The translations under genes and the position numbers were made by a program. The notes beneath the pieces were generated by a model that saw only the letters and a list, made by a program, of their open reading frames with translations, made no database searches and was not told the origin of the DNA. Of a DNA stretch of 64,000 nt, positions 9,087 through 18,683 are shown piece after piece (the first letter of the stretch is position 1; every line of letters begins with the position of its first letter). Source of the stretch: a virus (taxonomy: Duplodnaviria > Caudoviricetes); IMG/VR virus record IMGVR_UViG_3300027205_000173, positions 60,934 through 124,933 of that record. One strand, written 5' to 3'.

Positions 9087-9878
9087 ATGAAACATAAAGT
9101 TGATCCGGCGCTTCTTTCACTTCTTGTTGATGTAGACACATTGATTCCTCTGCCAGGGAATCCGCGCAAGGGTAACGTTGATGCGATTATGGCCTCATAT
9201 GCCGAGTTTGGTCAAGTGAAACCAATCGTTGTTCGCCCTAATGGTGATGGTACTTCTACGGTGATCGCTGGTAATCACCAATTGATGGCTGCTCAAACGC
9301 TCGGATGGACACATATTGCTGTTGTGCCTTTTGAGGTTGACGTCAATCGGGCAATTGCTTTTGCCTTGACCGACAATCGTACTAATGAACTTGGTCATTC
9401 TGATCAAGAGTTAGTTAGCGAAATGCTGGATGACATTATTTCTGATTATTCTGACTTAATGTCAGATTTGGGTTGGGATGAAATGGAATTGGCTGCCATA
9501 GATGAGTCAATTCAGTACAACTCGCCGACAACCTCTGATTCAGATGGGAACATGTACGTGCCGCCAGTGCTGCAGCCATTGAGTGATTTTGGTGCAACCA
9601 TCTTGTCGTCATTAGTACGCGAGGACGATGATGGCGAACGTAGGATCGTCGCTCCACAGCATATGGACCATAATGAGATTGCCATCAAGGGGAGTACGGT
9701 TGCCACCCCCGAAGCAGCGCCGCGAGCGGTTGTTCAATACACTATTGTTTTTGATGATCCAGACCAGCAGAGGCGTTGGTATGATTTTATTCGCTGGATC
9801 AGAAATGAACCTGCATATGACGGTAGTACAACGTCAGAAAAACTCATTTCCTTCATAGATGCCCATTCAGAAATTTAA
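9087..9878 (+). CDS. ParB/sulfiredoxin N-terminal domain protein
   Basis: NPRKGNVDAIMASYAEFGQVKPIVV..VIAGNHQLMAA..LTDNRT. Confidence 0.85.
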   Translation: MKHKVDPALLSLLVDVDTLIPLPGNPRKGNVDAIMASYAEFGQVKPIVVRPNGDGTSTVIAGNHQLMAAQTLGWTHIAVVPFEVDVNRAIAFALTDNRTNELGHSDQELVSEMLDDIISDYSDLMSDLGWDEMELAAIDESIQYNSPTTSDSDGNMYVPPVLQPLSDFGATILSSLVREDDDGERRIVAPQHMDHNEIAIKGSTVATPEAAPRAVVQYTIVFDDPDQQRRWYDFIRWIRNEPAYDGSTTSEKLISFIDAHSEI

Positions 9879-9914
9879 ATATCATATACAGTTGTATTAA
9901 TAGAGTGGAGTTCG

Positions 9915-10148
9915 ATGATGTCGGAAGATTCGGAATATATCCTCAGGTCGGTACAACGGGAAATGTACAACTTGGAAGACGAAACAATATATTTACGTGC
10001 TCACATTAAATCGCTTCAAGAAAAGATTGAAGAATCAAATGGACTCTGTGACGAACTGGCACAATTTATTTACTCAATAGAAGACTTATTGGATTTCAAC
10101 AAAGAACGTAACGAATTACTGCTTAGGTATGAACAAGAACGCCGATAA
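9915..10148 (+). CDS. coiled-coil hypothetical protein
   Basis: GGAG RBS. Confidence 0.55.
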   Translation: MMSEDSEYILRSVQREMYNLEDETIYLRAHIKSLQEKIEESNGLCDELAQFIYSIEDLLDFNKERNELLLRYEQERR

Positions 10149-10205
10149 AGTAAAGTAATGCGTGCACGACTAATCTATTGCTGATAATCTCTCAGTACAT
10201 ACCAA

Positions 10206-10278
10206 TGGAGAGTAGTTCAGTTGGCAGAACAGCGGACTGTTAATCCGCGCGTCGCAGGTTCGACCCCTGCCTCTCCAG
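10206..10278 (+). tRNA. trnN: tRNA-Asn(GTT)
   Basis: TGGAGAG/CTCTCCA acceptor stem, GTTC/GAAC D-stem, GCGGA-CTGTTAA-TCCGC anticodon arm, GCAGG-TTCGACC-CCTGC T arm; CCA not encoded in register. Confidence 0.95.
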
Positions 10279-10307
10279 CCCAAAAAAAAAACAATGGAGG
10301 AATACTC

Positions 10308-10469
10308 GTGGAACCTAATGCATCAGCAATCAAAGCAAATGCTCGTCTAGAAGCACAGAGTAATGCTTATCTTGCCGGACAGCCCGCCCGTGAATCGCAC
10401 GAAACATTGAAAGAAATTAAAGTTCTTCTGGCAGAAGTTTTAGAAATGTTAAAGAAGAACAATGCCTGA
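10308..10469 (+). CDS. small hypothetical protein
   Basis: GGAGG RBS before GTG 10308. Confidence 0.55.
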   Translation: MEPNASAIKANARLEAQSNAYLAGQPARESHETLKEIKVLLAEVLEMLKKNNA

Positions 10470-10758
10470 TATGTTATTGGTTCAAAGATGTCGCCGGATT
10501 GGCCTAGATGTTGAGGCCATGCGCTTCATGCCATTAAATCAGCGCGAAGTGGCTGACTGGTGTGGCGGTCTATTGACCGTCATCCCACGCAATGGTGATG
10601 AAAGTAGGCCAGATTTGATTATCTTACTTAAAGGCATTGATAGGGATATGAAGGCCCGCCTGGGTGATTATGTCATAAAGTTATCAGACAGCGTTTTTTA
10701 CTCATGTGATCATGCGACATTTGAGTCCTTATATGAGATCATTGATAATGGCTCATAA
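10462..10758 (+). CDS. PGDYG-like phage protein
   Basis: EAMRF..ARLGDYVIK..FYSCDHATFESLYE. Confidence 0.65.
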   Translation: MPDMLLVQRCRRIGLDVEAMRFMPLNQREVADWCGGLLTVIPRNGDESRPDLIILLKGIDRDMKARLGDYVIKLSDSVFYSCDHATFESLYEIIDNGS

Positions 10759-10960
10759 TGAAGATATTGACAAGATTCGTTACGAATCAACGGTAGAAAG
10801 AATACGTAAATATAAAATTACGGAAATGGAAAATCGCACATGGTATACGTTAGAGATACCCATGGAAGAGGAATGGCCTGCGGGTGACCCATTTTCGCGC
10901 GATAGGGAAACCCTCGTGTTGCGTGCTACAAAAGAAGAGTACGATGCTGGACCCAAATGA
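10748..10960 (+). CDS. hypothetical protein
   Basis: Overlapping operon arrangement. Confidence 0.5.
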   Translation: MAHNEDIDKIRYESTVERIRKYKITEMENRTWYTLEIPMEEEWPAGDPFSRDRETLVLRATKEEYDAGPK

Positions 10961-11156
10961 AATTTTGGCCCGTTTTCGTGAGCGGGCAGAGGCTGTCAAA
11001 AAGCGCCCACTGCCACCAGTTGCTGGACCTGAACGTGCTCTTTTTGTTAATCAAGCCAAGGTAGATTTTCAAGATTTTGCGATGATAGGCGACTGCGAAG
11101 CAACACTTGAAGAGGGAGTGCTAACCTTCAAGTTGGACCTTCGTAAAAAGGATTAA
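10944..11156 (+). CDS. conserved hypothetical protein (possibly host-derived)
   Basis: MLDPNEILARFRERAEAVKKRPLPPVAG..QDFAMIGD. Confidence 0.65.
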   Translation: MLDPNEILARFRERAEAVKKRPLPPVAGPERALFVNQAKVDFQDFAMIGDCEATLEEGVLTFKLDLRKKD

Positions 11157-11157
11157 G

Positions 11158-11574
11158 ATGGATTATCCAGATTATCTACAACCAGTATTGTTGCGCATTA
11201 ACCCAGAATATGGAACTCATATTTCATGTGATGAGGGTTGGTGGAAAATCATATCTATGTGCGATAAGGAACTTTCGTTACTTGACCCCGGATATACCAT
11301 TTTTCAAATAAAGGAAAAATTTGGTGGTTTACGTTATTACTACAGTCCTTCTAACCCGCTTAATGTAGAAAGCATGGATGTCGTTGTTCGTAAACACGAA
11401 AAAATATGCAGCATGACTTGCGAGGTGACTGGCGGTCATGGTTATTTGATGAGGAATGGTTTGCGAGGAATGGGGCAACTCAAAACACTGAACGAAAGTT
11501 TTTTACAACAAGGCTGGACAAAAGTCGACACAACTGATACTGTCAAGACCAATGTTATTAAACTACAAAAATAG
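11158..11574 (+). CDS. widespread phage protein with QIKEKFGGLRYY motif
   Basis: CDEGW..IFQIKEKFGGLRYY..CEVTG. Confidence 0.7.
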   Translation: MDYPDYLQPVLLRINPEYGTHISCDEGWWKIISMCDKELSLLDPGYTIFQIKEKFGGLRYYYSPSNPLNVESMDVVVRKHEKICSMTCEVTGGHGYLMRNGLRGMGQLKTLNESFLQQGWTKVDTTDTVKTNVIKLQK

Positions 11575-11583
11575 AGGCACGAC

Positions 11584-12732
11584 ATGACGCGTCAGCGTAT
11601 GTTTCTAGATATCTCATGCGTAGATGCAGCCCGCCAAAGAATTAGGCATGTATACGACACCTTTGATACCGTTTGCGTTCAGTTCTCGGGTGGCAAAGAC
11701 TCAAGCGCAGTCCTATATCTTGCTAAAGAAATTCACGAAGAACGAGGTCTCGGGCCCGTCAAGGTTATTTTCCGAGATGAAGAAATGGTTAGCCCATTTG
11801 TTCTTGATTATGTCAATAAAATTAAAAATTATGACTGGGTGGATTTTGAGCACTACTGTCTTCCGTATGGTACTGAAATATGGGTACTAGGGCGACGTCA
11901 ATCTATTATGATCTGGGGTGAAAAACGCATCAAGGAGGGACGCACATGCAGACCTCTGCCTGATGATGTAATCACTGGATACCATTTTGGTTTAGATCAT
12001 GCAACGCCAATGACTAATCATATTGATTACTACACCATGCAAGGCAAGAAAGGCAACGTTGCTTTTCTAACTGGCGTGCGTGCTTCTGAGTCGATGATTA
12101 GATATCGCTCCTGTGTTCAAAAATTGCACGAGAATTACATTGTTACGCCGTACAAGAGCAAAAAGGGAATTCCTCTCAAGATGGCAAAAGTCATTTATGA
12201 CTGGCAGACGAGTGATGTTTTTAAATTCCTCAACGAGGAGCATGGTGCTGATTATTGTGAGTATTACGATGTTGCTGCTTTGACTGGTTCTAATACTCGT
12301 GTTGGTATTCCGCTGCATTCTGTTGCCATCCGTAGGATCGGTGATTTGGTTGCTACTGAGCCAGAGTTCTATGACCGTCTATGGGAGTGTTTCCCTGAAA
12401 TCGACGCCCAACGACGCTGGTGGTCCGAATATAATGTCGAGAAAGTTATTGCGATGTTTGCTGCCGAGGGGTGGAATGGCGTAATGCGGGCGATTGACAC
12501 TTTCATGATTGGTGAAACAAAGAGAAATCGTGCTTTGTCTTTTTCCGCTGAGTTTAGGAAGAAGAATGCAAAGGACCCGTATTCCTATCCAATTGAGTGG
12601 CTTATTAGGAATATATTTTTGAATGAATTGTCAGGGATGTCGGTCAGTCCGGTCGGTCCTGGAACCAGGGCACATGCGTTGCGTGTTGCTGCTGCCAAAC
12701 AAGATGAGGATGTTGTTTTTTATGAAGATTGA
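11584..12732 (+). CDS. IbrA-like PAPS reductase-family (PP-loop) protein
   Basis: VQFSGGKDS PP-loop, FRDEE, TGVRASESMIR, IYDWQTSDVF. Confidence 0.85.
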   Translation: MTRQRMFLDISCVDAARQRIRHVYDTFDTVCVQFSGGKDSSAVLYLAKEIHEERGLGPVKVIFRDEEMVSPFVLDYVNKIKNYDWVDFEHYCLPYGTEIWVLGRRQSIMIWGEKRIKEGRTCRPLPDDVITGYHFGLDHATPMTNHIDYYTMQGKKGNVAFLTGVRASESMIRYRSCVQKLHENYIVTPYKSKKGIPLKMAKVIYDWQTSDVFKFLNEEHGADYCEYYDVAALTGSNTRVGIPLHSVAIRRIGDLVATEPEFYDRLWECFPEIDAQRRWWSEYNVEKVIAMFAAEGWNGVMRAIDTFMIGETKRNRALSFSAEFRKKNAKDPYSYPIEWLIRNIFLNELSGMSVSPVGPGTRAHALRVAAAKQDEDVVFYED

Positions 12733-13273
12733 TTATGTGGCTATCGGCGATTTGAGTGTTCCTTCTTGGAATACTATTTATATTTTGCGTCCTGATTTGC
12801 TTGTTTTGGCTGATTCCTTGTCTTCTTTTGGGATTATGTCACCCTTGGTGGTGCGTAAAGAGGATAACTCAATTATTGATGGCAGTCAAAGATATAAACT
12901 AATTTCAGGAAACAAAAATCTGTCAGCCTTATTTCCTGATGGCCTACCCGTGAGGTACGTTGACTGCGATGAACTCGACGCCATGGTCCTCCATGTTCAA
13001 ATAAACCGTGGTCGTGGCAGTATGGTCGCAAAACAACTCTCATCTATTGTTCGACTTTTGAAGAAAAGCCGCAAGTTTGATGAAAAAGATTTTGTGAAGC
13101 ATTTTTGCATGAAATTTGACGAGTTGGAACTGATGATGAACCCAACAATCATCAAACAACGAAAAATATCAGAACATAATTACTCCCGAGCATGGGTTCC
13201 AGTAGAGGCACCCCCAGGGACTATCGACAAAATGCCTATTGTTACAGAAGCACCGCCAAATCCTGACAGATAA
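12722..13273 (+). CDS. IbrB-like ParB domain protein
   Basis: LADSLSSFGIMSPLVV..IIDGSQR..QINRGRG..YSRAWVP; overlaps the IbrA-like gene. Confidence 0.8.
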   Translation: MKIDYVAIGDLSVPSWNTIYILRPDLLVLADSLSSFGIMSPLVVRKEDNSIIDGSQRYKLISGNKNLSALFPDGLPVRYVDCDELDAMVLHVQINRGRGSMVAKQLSSIVRLLKKSRKFDEKDFVKHFCMKFDELELMMNPTIIKQRKISEHNYSRAWVPVEAPPGTIDKMPIVTEAPPNPDR

Positions 13274-13276
13274 TCG

Positions 13277-13285
13277 TGGTAGAAT
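13277..13285 (+). promoter_or_regulatory. extended -10 promoter upstream of the structural module
   Basis: TG-g-TAGAAT. Confidence 0.5.
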
Positions 13286-13307
13286 AAAAACTGCACATAC
13301 ATAAAGG

Positions 13308-13511
13308 ATGGTCATTATGCGCAACATTCGCAAAATTGGTTTGATTAGAGTGCAGCCGGGTACAACTGCAGATATCGATACTGGACGCACCCCCGGCAGA
13401 ATCCGCCGTGCTGCAAGAAATCTTTTTCAACGCCGTCGTCGTGCTGCTGGTCGTGGAGCAAACCCAACCGCCCGTCTTCGTGACATCATTCGTAGCGGTG
13501 GACGCCGATAA
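13308..13511 (+). CDS. small Arg-rich basic protein
   Basis: RRAARNLFQRRRRAAGRG; very few acidic residues. Confidence 0.55.
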   Translation: MVIMRNIRKIGLIRVQPGTTADIDTGRTPGRIRRAARNLFQRRRRAAGRGANPTARLRDIIRSGGRR

Positions 13512-13543
13512 TTCTTAATATTTTATTTACAGGACGGTGAGTT

Positions 13544-14404
13544 ATGTTGGTTAGTGTCAATGATTTAACCACATATATGGACATCCGCTTCTCACTACGC
13601 CAACAAGACGCGGCTGAATTTGTATTGGCTGGACTTCAAAGTGAATTGGAGTCCTTTTTGCGACGTCCAATAGAAGTCCAAAACTTCGTAGAAGAATACG
13701 TCATCCCTTCAGACCATGTTGGAATGCCTACATCATCGTTCTTCTATAACACATCTCTAGACACAACCATGTCCCCGGTCTCCTACACACAGCCACCATC
13801 AACGATTGGCGTTAGGAACTCTCCAATCGTAAAAGTCAACAGCGTATTCATTAGAAACTTGTCAGTCTCTGGGGTATACATGAGCGAGGCAATGGAGCGA
13901 GCGGCAGTCGTTACAGCGGTGTCGCAGGTGGGACCAAAAGTCACCTACACCGCAAGTAACAATAAATTTACAATTGGCCAAAAGGTGACTATCAAGAGCA
14001 TGGTGCCAATTTTGTACAACGTAGTTGCTCGTGAAATAACAGAAGTAACAACAAATACATTCTCTGTTACCAACATGCCAGCGTCTATTGGAGCAATGAC
14101 AGTAGGCGGCACCGCTATAGCGACAGGAAGCGACTACACTGTTCGTCGTTTCGGCATTGACCTCTATCGTGGGTTTGCTAACGATGCCGTGACTATCGAC
14201 TACGAGGCAGGCATCGATGGTACTGAAATAGCAATATTCAAACTACTCATACTTCGCGCCGCAGTACGAGAAATGCAGAACATGCACGACGACGTTGTCG
14301 GTGTGAAGGACTTAACTACTCGTAATGTTGCACCACTACAAACAGGTTTTATGGACTCGGAATTAATGACCGTTAAGCGTTATCGTCGAGTTAGGGCTGC
14401 ATAA
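13544..14404 (+). CDS. head-tail connector/neck protein with inserted beta domain
   Basis: LVSVNDLTTYM..ELESFLRRP N-terminus, VTIDYEAG C-terminus; first gene of the tail module. Confidence 0.7.
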   Translation: MLVSVNDLTTYMDIRFSLRQQDAAEFVLAGLQSELESFLRRPIEVQNFVEEYVIPSDHVGMPTSSFFYNTSLDTTMSPVSYTQPPSTIGVRNSPIVKVNSVFIRNLSVSGVYMSEAMERAAVVTAVSQVGPKVTYTASNNKFTIGQKVTIKSMVPILYNVVAREITEVTTNTFSVTNMPASIGAMTVGGTAIATGSDYTVRRFGIDLYRGFANDAVTIDYEAGIDGTEIAIFKLLILRAAVREMQNMHDDVVGVKDLTTRNVAPLQTGFMDSELMTVKRYRRVRAA

Positions 14405-14877
14405 TGGCCAGACCAATGATTGTTGAAATCACCACTAGGCTCGAAAATCCACAGGGATTTGACAGAATTGACGACATGCAAAGACGCATGAAATCATTCC
14501 GACCAGTTTTTGATGACATTCGTAGCGACCTGGAAGAAGCATGGTCGAAGAACTTTGACACAGAGGGAGGGCATTACGGTGGGTGGAGGCCCCTGAGTCC
14601 AAAGTATGCCCTATGGAGGGGCTCTGCGGGGCCTATTTTGATTCGCACTGGGCAACTATTCAATAGTGTGAGAAGTCTTCATGGTGCACCAAACGACATC
14701 AAAGACGACGAAGCATTCTTTGGCACCAATGTTGAGTACGCAAAATTCCATCAATACGGAACAAACAAAATGCCTAAACGCCCAATTATTTTTGAACCCA
14801 ATGATGCCGCTCGTAAATGGGGCGGATGGGCTGCTAAATATATCGCCGATGGTGAAACTTTTGGGATTAAAGGATAA
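14404..14877 (+). CDS. virion morphogenesis protein (Mu gpG/P2 gpS-like)
   Basis: WRPLSP, LIRTGQLFNS, GTNVEYAKFHQYGT..MPKRP. Confidence 0.85.
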   Translation: MARPMIVEITTRLENPQGFDRIDDMQRRMKSFRPVFDDIRSDLEEAWSKNFDTEGGHYGGWRPLSPKYALWRGSAGPILIRTGQLFNSVRSLHGAPNDIKDDEAFFGTNVEYAKFHQYGTNKMPKRPIIFEPNDAARKWGGWAAKYIADGETFGIKG

Positions 14878-14879
14878 TT

Positions 14880-15482
14880 ATGGCCGCTCCCCTCATGCAT
14901 GGATCACATTTTGCAAAATCATTTGTAAACAATTATATGTCTTACGATATACCTACGCGCATAGTCGCCTACCGTAATGGATGGGGACTCGATGACATAA
15001 CCCTTCCAACGCCATTGAAGTTTCTTACTTATGAACCAGTAGCAATGGATGAGTGGCCCACTATTATTACCGTTGCTATTTCGACATCATATTTTGATCG
15101 TCTTGGTTTTATCGGCAACGACCCCGAATATCGCGTTGCTTACAATATGCGAACCTATGTTTGGGTTCGTACGGAAGGTTCCGAAGAAACTACCCTCATG
15201 CGTGATAGATTATCTGCAGTCCTTCGTTCGTCATTACTTGATTATCCATCAATGAAAGCCGTAGACCCCCGCCAGACTTTTAAGGCAGAGATTGAACAAA
15301 CTTCATTAAGTGAAGAGTATTCTGATTTAACGCTCCTCAAAGGCGACAGAGTCCTCGCTGGAGCATATTTAGGATATACAATTTATATGAATGAAGTTGT
15401 TTCCAGGGCAGATATTGGAACGCTGGAAGAAATTGATTTGGTCACTAACGTCAGTGGTATAGGCGTCAGCCTTGTCGAATAG
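14880..15482 (+). CDS. tail terminator/completion protein
   Basis: Size, position before the sheath and WPTIITV motif. Confidence 0.6.
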   Translation: MAAPLMHGSHFAKSFVNNYMSYDIPTRIVAYRNGWGLDDITLPTPLKFLTYEPVAMDEWPTIITVAISTSYFDRLGFIGNDPEYRVAYNMRTYVWVRTEGSEETTLMRDRLSAVLRSSLLDYPSMKAVDPRQTFKAEIEQTSLSEEYSDLTLLKGDRVLAGAYLGYTIYMNEVVSRADIGTLEEIDLVTNVSGIGVSLVE

Positions 15483-15506
15483 GCTATTATTTATAAAGAA
15501 CTAAGG

Positions 15507-15938
15507 ATGCTCAATATGACAAATTTATTTTTGCGAGTTACAGACAATGAAGATATCTCCAATTTCACATCCCAAGGTTTAGACGTATATGCGAATACGA
15601 CAACAACAAATCTGAACATTTTCGGTAATCATGTCTATCCAAACGGAAAATTTGCCGTATCAGAAATTGACTCAAATCTCGAACGTTATTTGCAAAAGGG
15701 ATTTGCAAAACTTTTAGCAAATGGTCAAGTTAATATAGTAAATAATGCAGAAATTCAAGCAGCACCGAAGGAAAAGAAGAAGAAATCATCTGAAAATGAA
15801 ACAACGAGTCAAGAAGTTGAAGTAATTGAAGAAACACCTGTAGTGGAAGAAGTACCGCAGTCGCAGGAACCAGAATCAAGCGACCTACAAGAAGTGGTTG
15901 CGACAACTCCGGAATCAAGTGAAAACACAGAAATCTAA
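15507..15938 (+). CDS. hypothetical protein with acidic disordered tail
   Basis: Glu/Thr-rich C-terminus; pre-sheath position. Confidence 0.6.
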   Translation: MLNMTNLFLRVTDNEDISNFTSQGLDVYANTTTTNLNIFGNHVYPNGKFAVSEIDSNLERYLQKGFAKLLANGQVNIVNNAEIQAAPKEKKKKSSENETTSQEVEVIEETPVVEEVPQSQEPESSDLQEVVATTPESSENTEI

Positions 15939-16043
15939 TAAAAATTTTATTCTGCAGTTACATTAAACAACAGTAATAATTAGATACAATACAAGGTACT
16001 GGCGGTGTTTTAGCCGGTCTGAACGATGAGGTAGGAAGGTCTT

Positions 16044-17546
16044 ATGCCCGGAATTAATATTAGCACTACTACACGAACAGGCCCTATATCAACTTCTGTA
16101 CGTGAGTCATCGCAAGCATTTTTTGTAGGAATCGCGCTTCGCGGACCTACCGATAGAGCCGTACTGGTCGGAAGCATTGAGGAATTTGAACTCAATTATG
16201 GTGGGTTTGTCAGTGGCACCTATTTGCATTCAACGGTTCAAACTTTTTTTGAAGAAGGTGGCTCGCAGTGCTGGATTGCTCGCGTCTCCGGCACTGGCGC
16301 CATTGCGTCTACCCTTAGTCTACTAAACTCAACGACGCCAGTCATTACCCTTACTGCGGTCGGTGCGGGTGTATGGTCTATGCCTGCCGGAACCGAGACC
16401 CTTTCGGCAATCGTAGAAACAGGAACTGCGACAGGCACCAAGGTTGTCAAAATATACAAAGAAGGAACTCTGATTATGTCTACAGGCAACTGTACGACAA
16501 ACGCGCAGATTGCCGGAAAAATTAACACTCATCCTGTTGCCAGTCTTTTATGTACTGCAACCGTTCTCGCCGATACCTTGGTTAGCCTACCAACAACGGC
16601 AACAGAATTTGGTGATGGAACCGACACGGATGGCGTCGCTGGATCGACCCCCACCGATGCTCAACTCCTTGCCGGACTGACTCTTTTTACCGATGAATTG
16701 GGTACCGGAGCGGTTGCATGCCCGGAATCAGTGGGTTCAACAGTACAGGCTGCTCTCATTGCGCATGCAAATAGTTTTAATCGTTTGGCATTCCTCTATC
16801 CGGCTGCCGGATCGGACCCTAACGATGGCACAGATTATGCAGCCATGATCGCTATCACCCAGGCAATTAAGGCAGGCAGCAATGCAGAACATGTTGCCTT
16901 TTTCGCCCCATGGGTCTATGTTCCCACGTCTGTCGCTGGCATCAATAGAATGATTCCGCCGGTCGGGTATGCAGCAGCGGCGCGAGCAAGAGCACACAAC
17001 GGAGTTGGACCACATCAGCCTGGCGCTGGCGTATCAAGTGTTGCTAGATTCGTGACAGGCCTTGAGTTTCCTATTGGTTCAACAGTCGGTGACAACTTGG
17101 ATAACGAGTCAATTAATGCAATTCGTATCATCAATAATACGATTCGTATTTATGGTGCGCGTTCCTGCTCTGGCGATCTACCAAATTTCCGTTACATCAC
17201 AGCACAGGACGTAACGAACTATGTTGTTGTTCAAGCGTATCGTGATCTTGAAGATATTCTGTTCCGACCAATCGATTCGCGAAATGCCATGTTTGCCGAT
17301 ATTAGGCAGCGTCTACAGACAATTATGGAAGGATTGCGTTCAATTGGTGCTATTCATGAAGCATTCAATAACGCCGGGGAGCGTATTGACTACGGGTACT
17401 CAGTTAAATGCGATTCATCAATTAACCCAATTGCAAACTTGGTCGATGGCCTAGTTAAGGCTCGTGTCGGTTTTCGAGTGACCGGCGTTGGTGACTCCAT
17501 TCAAGTTGACATTATTAAGTCAAGCCTTACGGCTACCGTAGTCTAA
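16044..17546 (+). CDS. contractile tail sheath protein
   Basis: MPGINI, FVGIALRGP, FFEEGG, PPVGYAAAARA, LDNESINAIR..IYGARS. Confidence 0.92.
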   Translation: MPGINISTTTRTGPISTSVRESSQAFFVGIALRGPTDRAVLVGSIEEFELNYGGFVSGTYLHSTVQTFFEEGGSQCWIARVSGTGAIASTLSLLNSTTPVITLTAVGAGVWSMPAGTETLSAIVETGTATGTKVVKIYKEGTLIMSTGNCTTNAQIAGKINTHPVASLLCTATVLADTLVSLPTTATEFGDGTDTDGVAGSTPTDAQLLAGLTLFTDELGTGAVACPESVGSTVQAALIAHANSFNRLAFLYPAAGSDPNDGTDYAAMIAITQAIKAGSNAEHVAFFAPWVYVPTSVAGINRMIPPVGYAAAARARAHNGVGPHQPGAGVSSVARFVTGLEFPIGSTVGDNLDNESINAIRIINNTIRIYGARSCSGDLPNFRYITAQDVTNYVVVQAYRDLEDILFRPIDSRNAMFADIRQRLQTIMEGLRSIGAIHEAFNNAGERIDYGYSVKCDSSINPIANLVDGLVKARVGFRVTGVGDSIQVDIIKSSLTATVV

Positions 17547-17570
17547 AAAACAATATAGAGGAGGCCTCTC

Positions 17571-18101
17571 ATGGCAAGTAAAATTTCTGCAAGGCAAATA
17601 ATTGCAACAATTACACCCGTAGATAGCACGAAGTGCCCAACATTTACGGACTTTAGGTTTCCTCAGGTTTCCGGTGGTGAAATTACTGCTTCTGTTGAAA
17701 AAGTTTATGATGGTGGCTCTACTTTTCCCAGCCTACTTTGTGCTCCCTCGGAAATCGGGGACATTTCACTCACCGCCTACTATGACGATAGTGCGGACAA
17801 CGCTGACGTCGTAGAAAGCGCTACCCAGGCGCCAAATATTGCCGCAAAAGTTGGCAAACTTCGCCAATTGGTTGGTCGTGCATTTTATAATATTAATATT
17901 CAGACATACGACTGCGACATTAAAGTGAATGGCAATGACCGACAGTACTTGAATGCACTCCTGGTAGCATTGTCAGAACCAGACGGAGACGCCTCATCTG
18001 GTGCCCCTGCTATGTTCTCTATGACTTTCTCCGTGCAGAGTGTCAGTACTCCTGCGTACACGGCTCCACCGGCTGGTGGAAGCACGCCGGCAACAACCTA
18101 A
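17571..18101 (+). CDS. tail tube protein
   Basis: Follows the sheath; GGAGG RBS; SGGEITASVEKVYDGG..IGDISLT. Confidence 0.8.
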   Translation: MASKISARQIIATITPVDSTKCPTFTDFRFPQVSGGEITASVEKVYDGGSTFPSLLCAPSEIGDISLTAYYDDSADNADVVESATQAPNIAAKVGKLRQLVGRAFYNINIQTYDCDIKVNGNDRQYLNALLVALSEPDGDASSGAPAMFSMTFSVQSVSTPAYTAPPAGGSTPATT

Positions 18102-18139
18102 ACCACCACTGGGTAGTTCCACTACTGTAAGAATCGCTG

Positions 18140-18148
18140 TGCTAGAGT
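18140..18148 (+). promoter_or_regulatory. extended -10, leaderless promoter
   Basis: TG-c-TAGAGT, 7 nt before ATG 18156, no SD. Confidence 0.55.
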
Positions 18149-18155
18149 TCCAATC

Positions 18156-18683
18156 ATGACAGAACCACTATACACAGAAGAAGCCACAGAGCCGCAAAAG
18201 ACCAGCAAGGCATCAAAGCCTGCCGTAGAGTCGTCTCCTCTTGAAAGATTGAAAGAGACTATTTCCAAGAAGGTTGAGCGCGCCACAATTGTAATCAATG
18301 TTCCTGAGCGTCCTGGCGTTCAGTTGCGTATCCGTCCGACTATTACACAGCAACAGATGAAGGCCTGGCGTCGTAATTCCGGTGAAGATACCAAGGCTGG
18401 AATGGACCCTAGTAAGTTCGCTTGCTATTTAGTTGGACATACGACTGATGGAATCATGATCAATGGCGAAGAAGTCCTTGATGATGAAGGAAATGAACTA
18501 AACTTTGCTTCTAGGGAAGTCCTCAAGATGACCGATACCTCACGACCTGTTCCTGATGCTGTCCGTGCATTTTTCGGCGTTGATCCACATATCGAGGCTG
18601 CTGCTTTGACCATCCTAGACGCGGCGGGGTATTCAGATACTGTTGATGCCGTGGACCCTACGATGACGCCTTCGAAGAATTAA
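18156..18683 (+). CDS. tail assembly chaperone (gpG-like)
   Basis: Lies between tube and tape measure; ends VDPT.. Confidence 0.75.
   Translation: MTEPLYTEEATEPQKTSKASKPAVESSPLERLKETISKKVERATIVINVPERPGVQLRIRPTITQQQMKAWRRNSGEDTKAGMDPSKFACYLVGHTTDGIMINGEEVLDDEGNELNFASREVLKMTDTSRPVPDAVRAFFGVDPHIEAAALTILDAAGYSDTVDAVDPTMTPSKN

Noticed and set aside
10221-10307. 5' part of ORF 10221..10469
   Set aside because: It overlaps tRNA-Asn; the better start is GTG 10308 with a GGAGG RBS.
11584-12732. cysH sulfate-assimilation auxiliary gene
   Set aside because: Length, motifs and the ParB partner fit IbrA-like proteins; no other cys genes are present.
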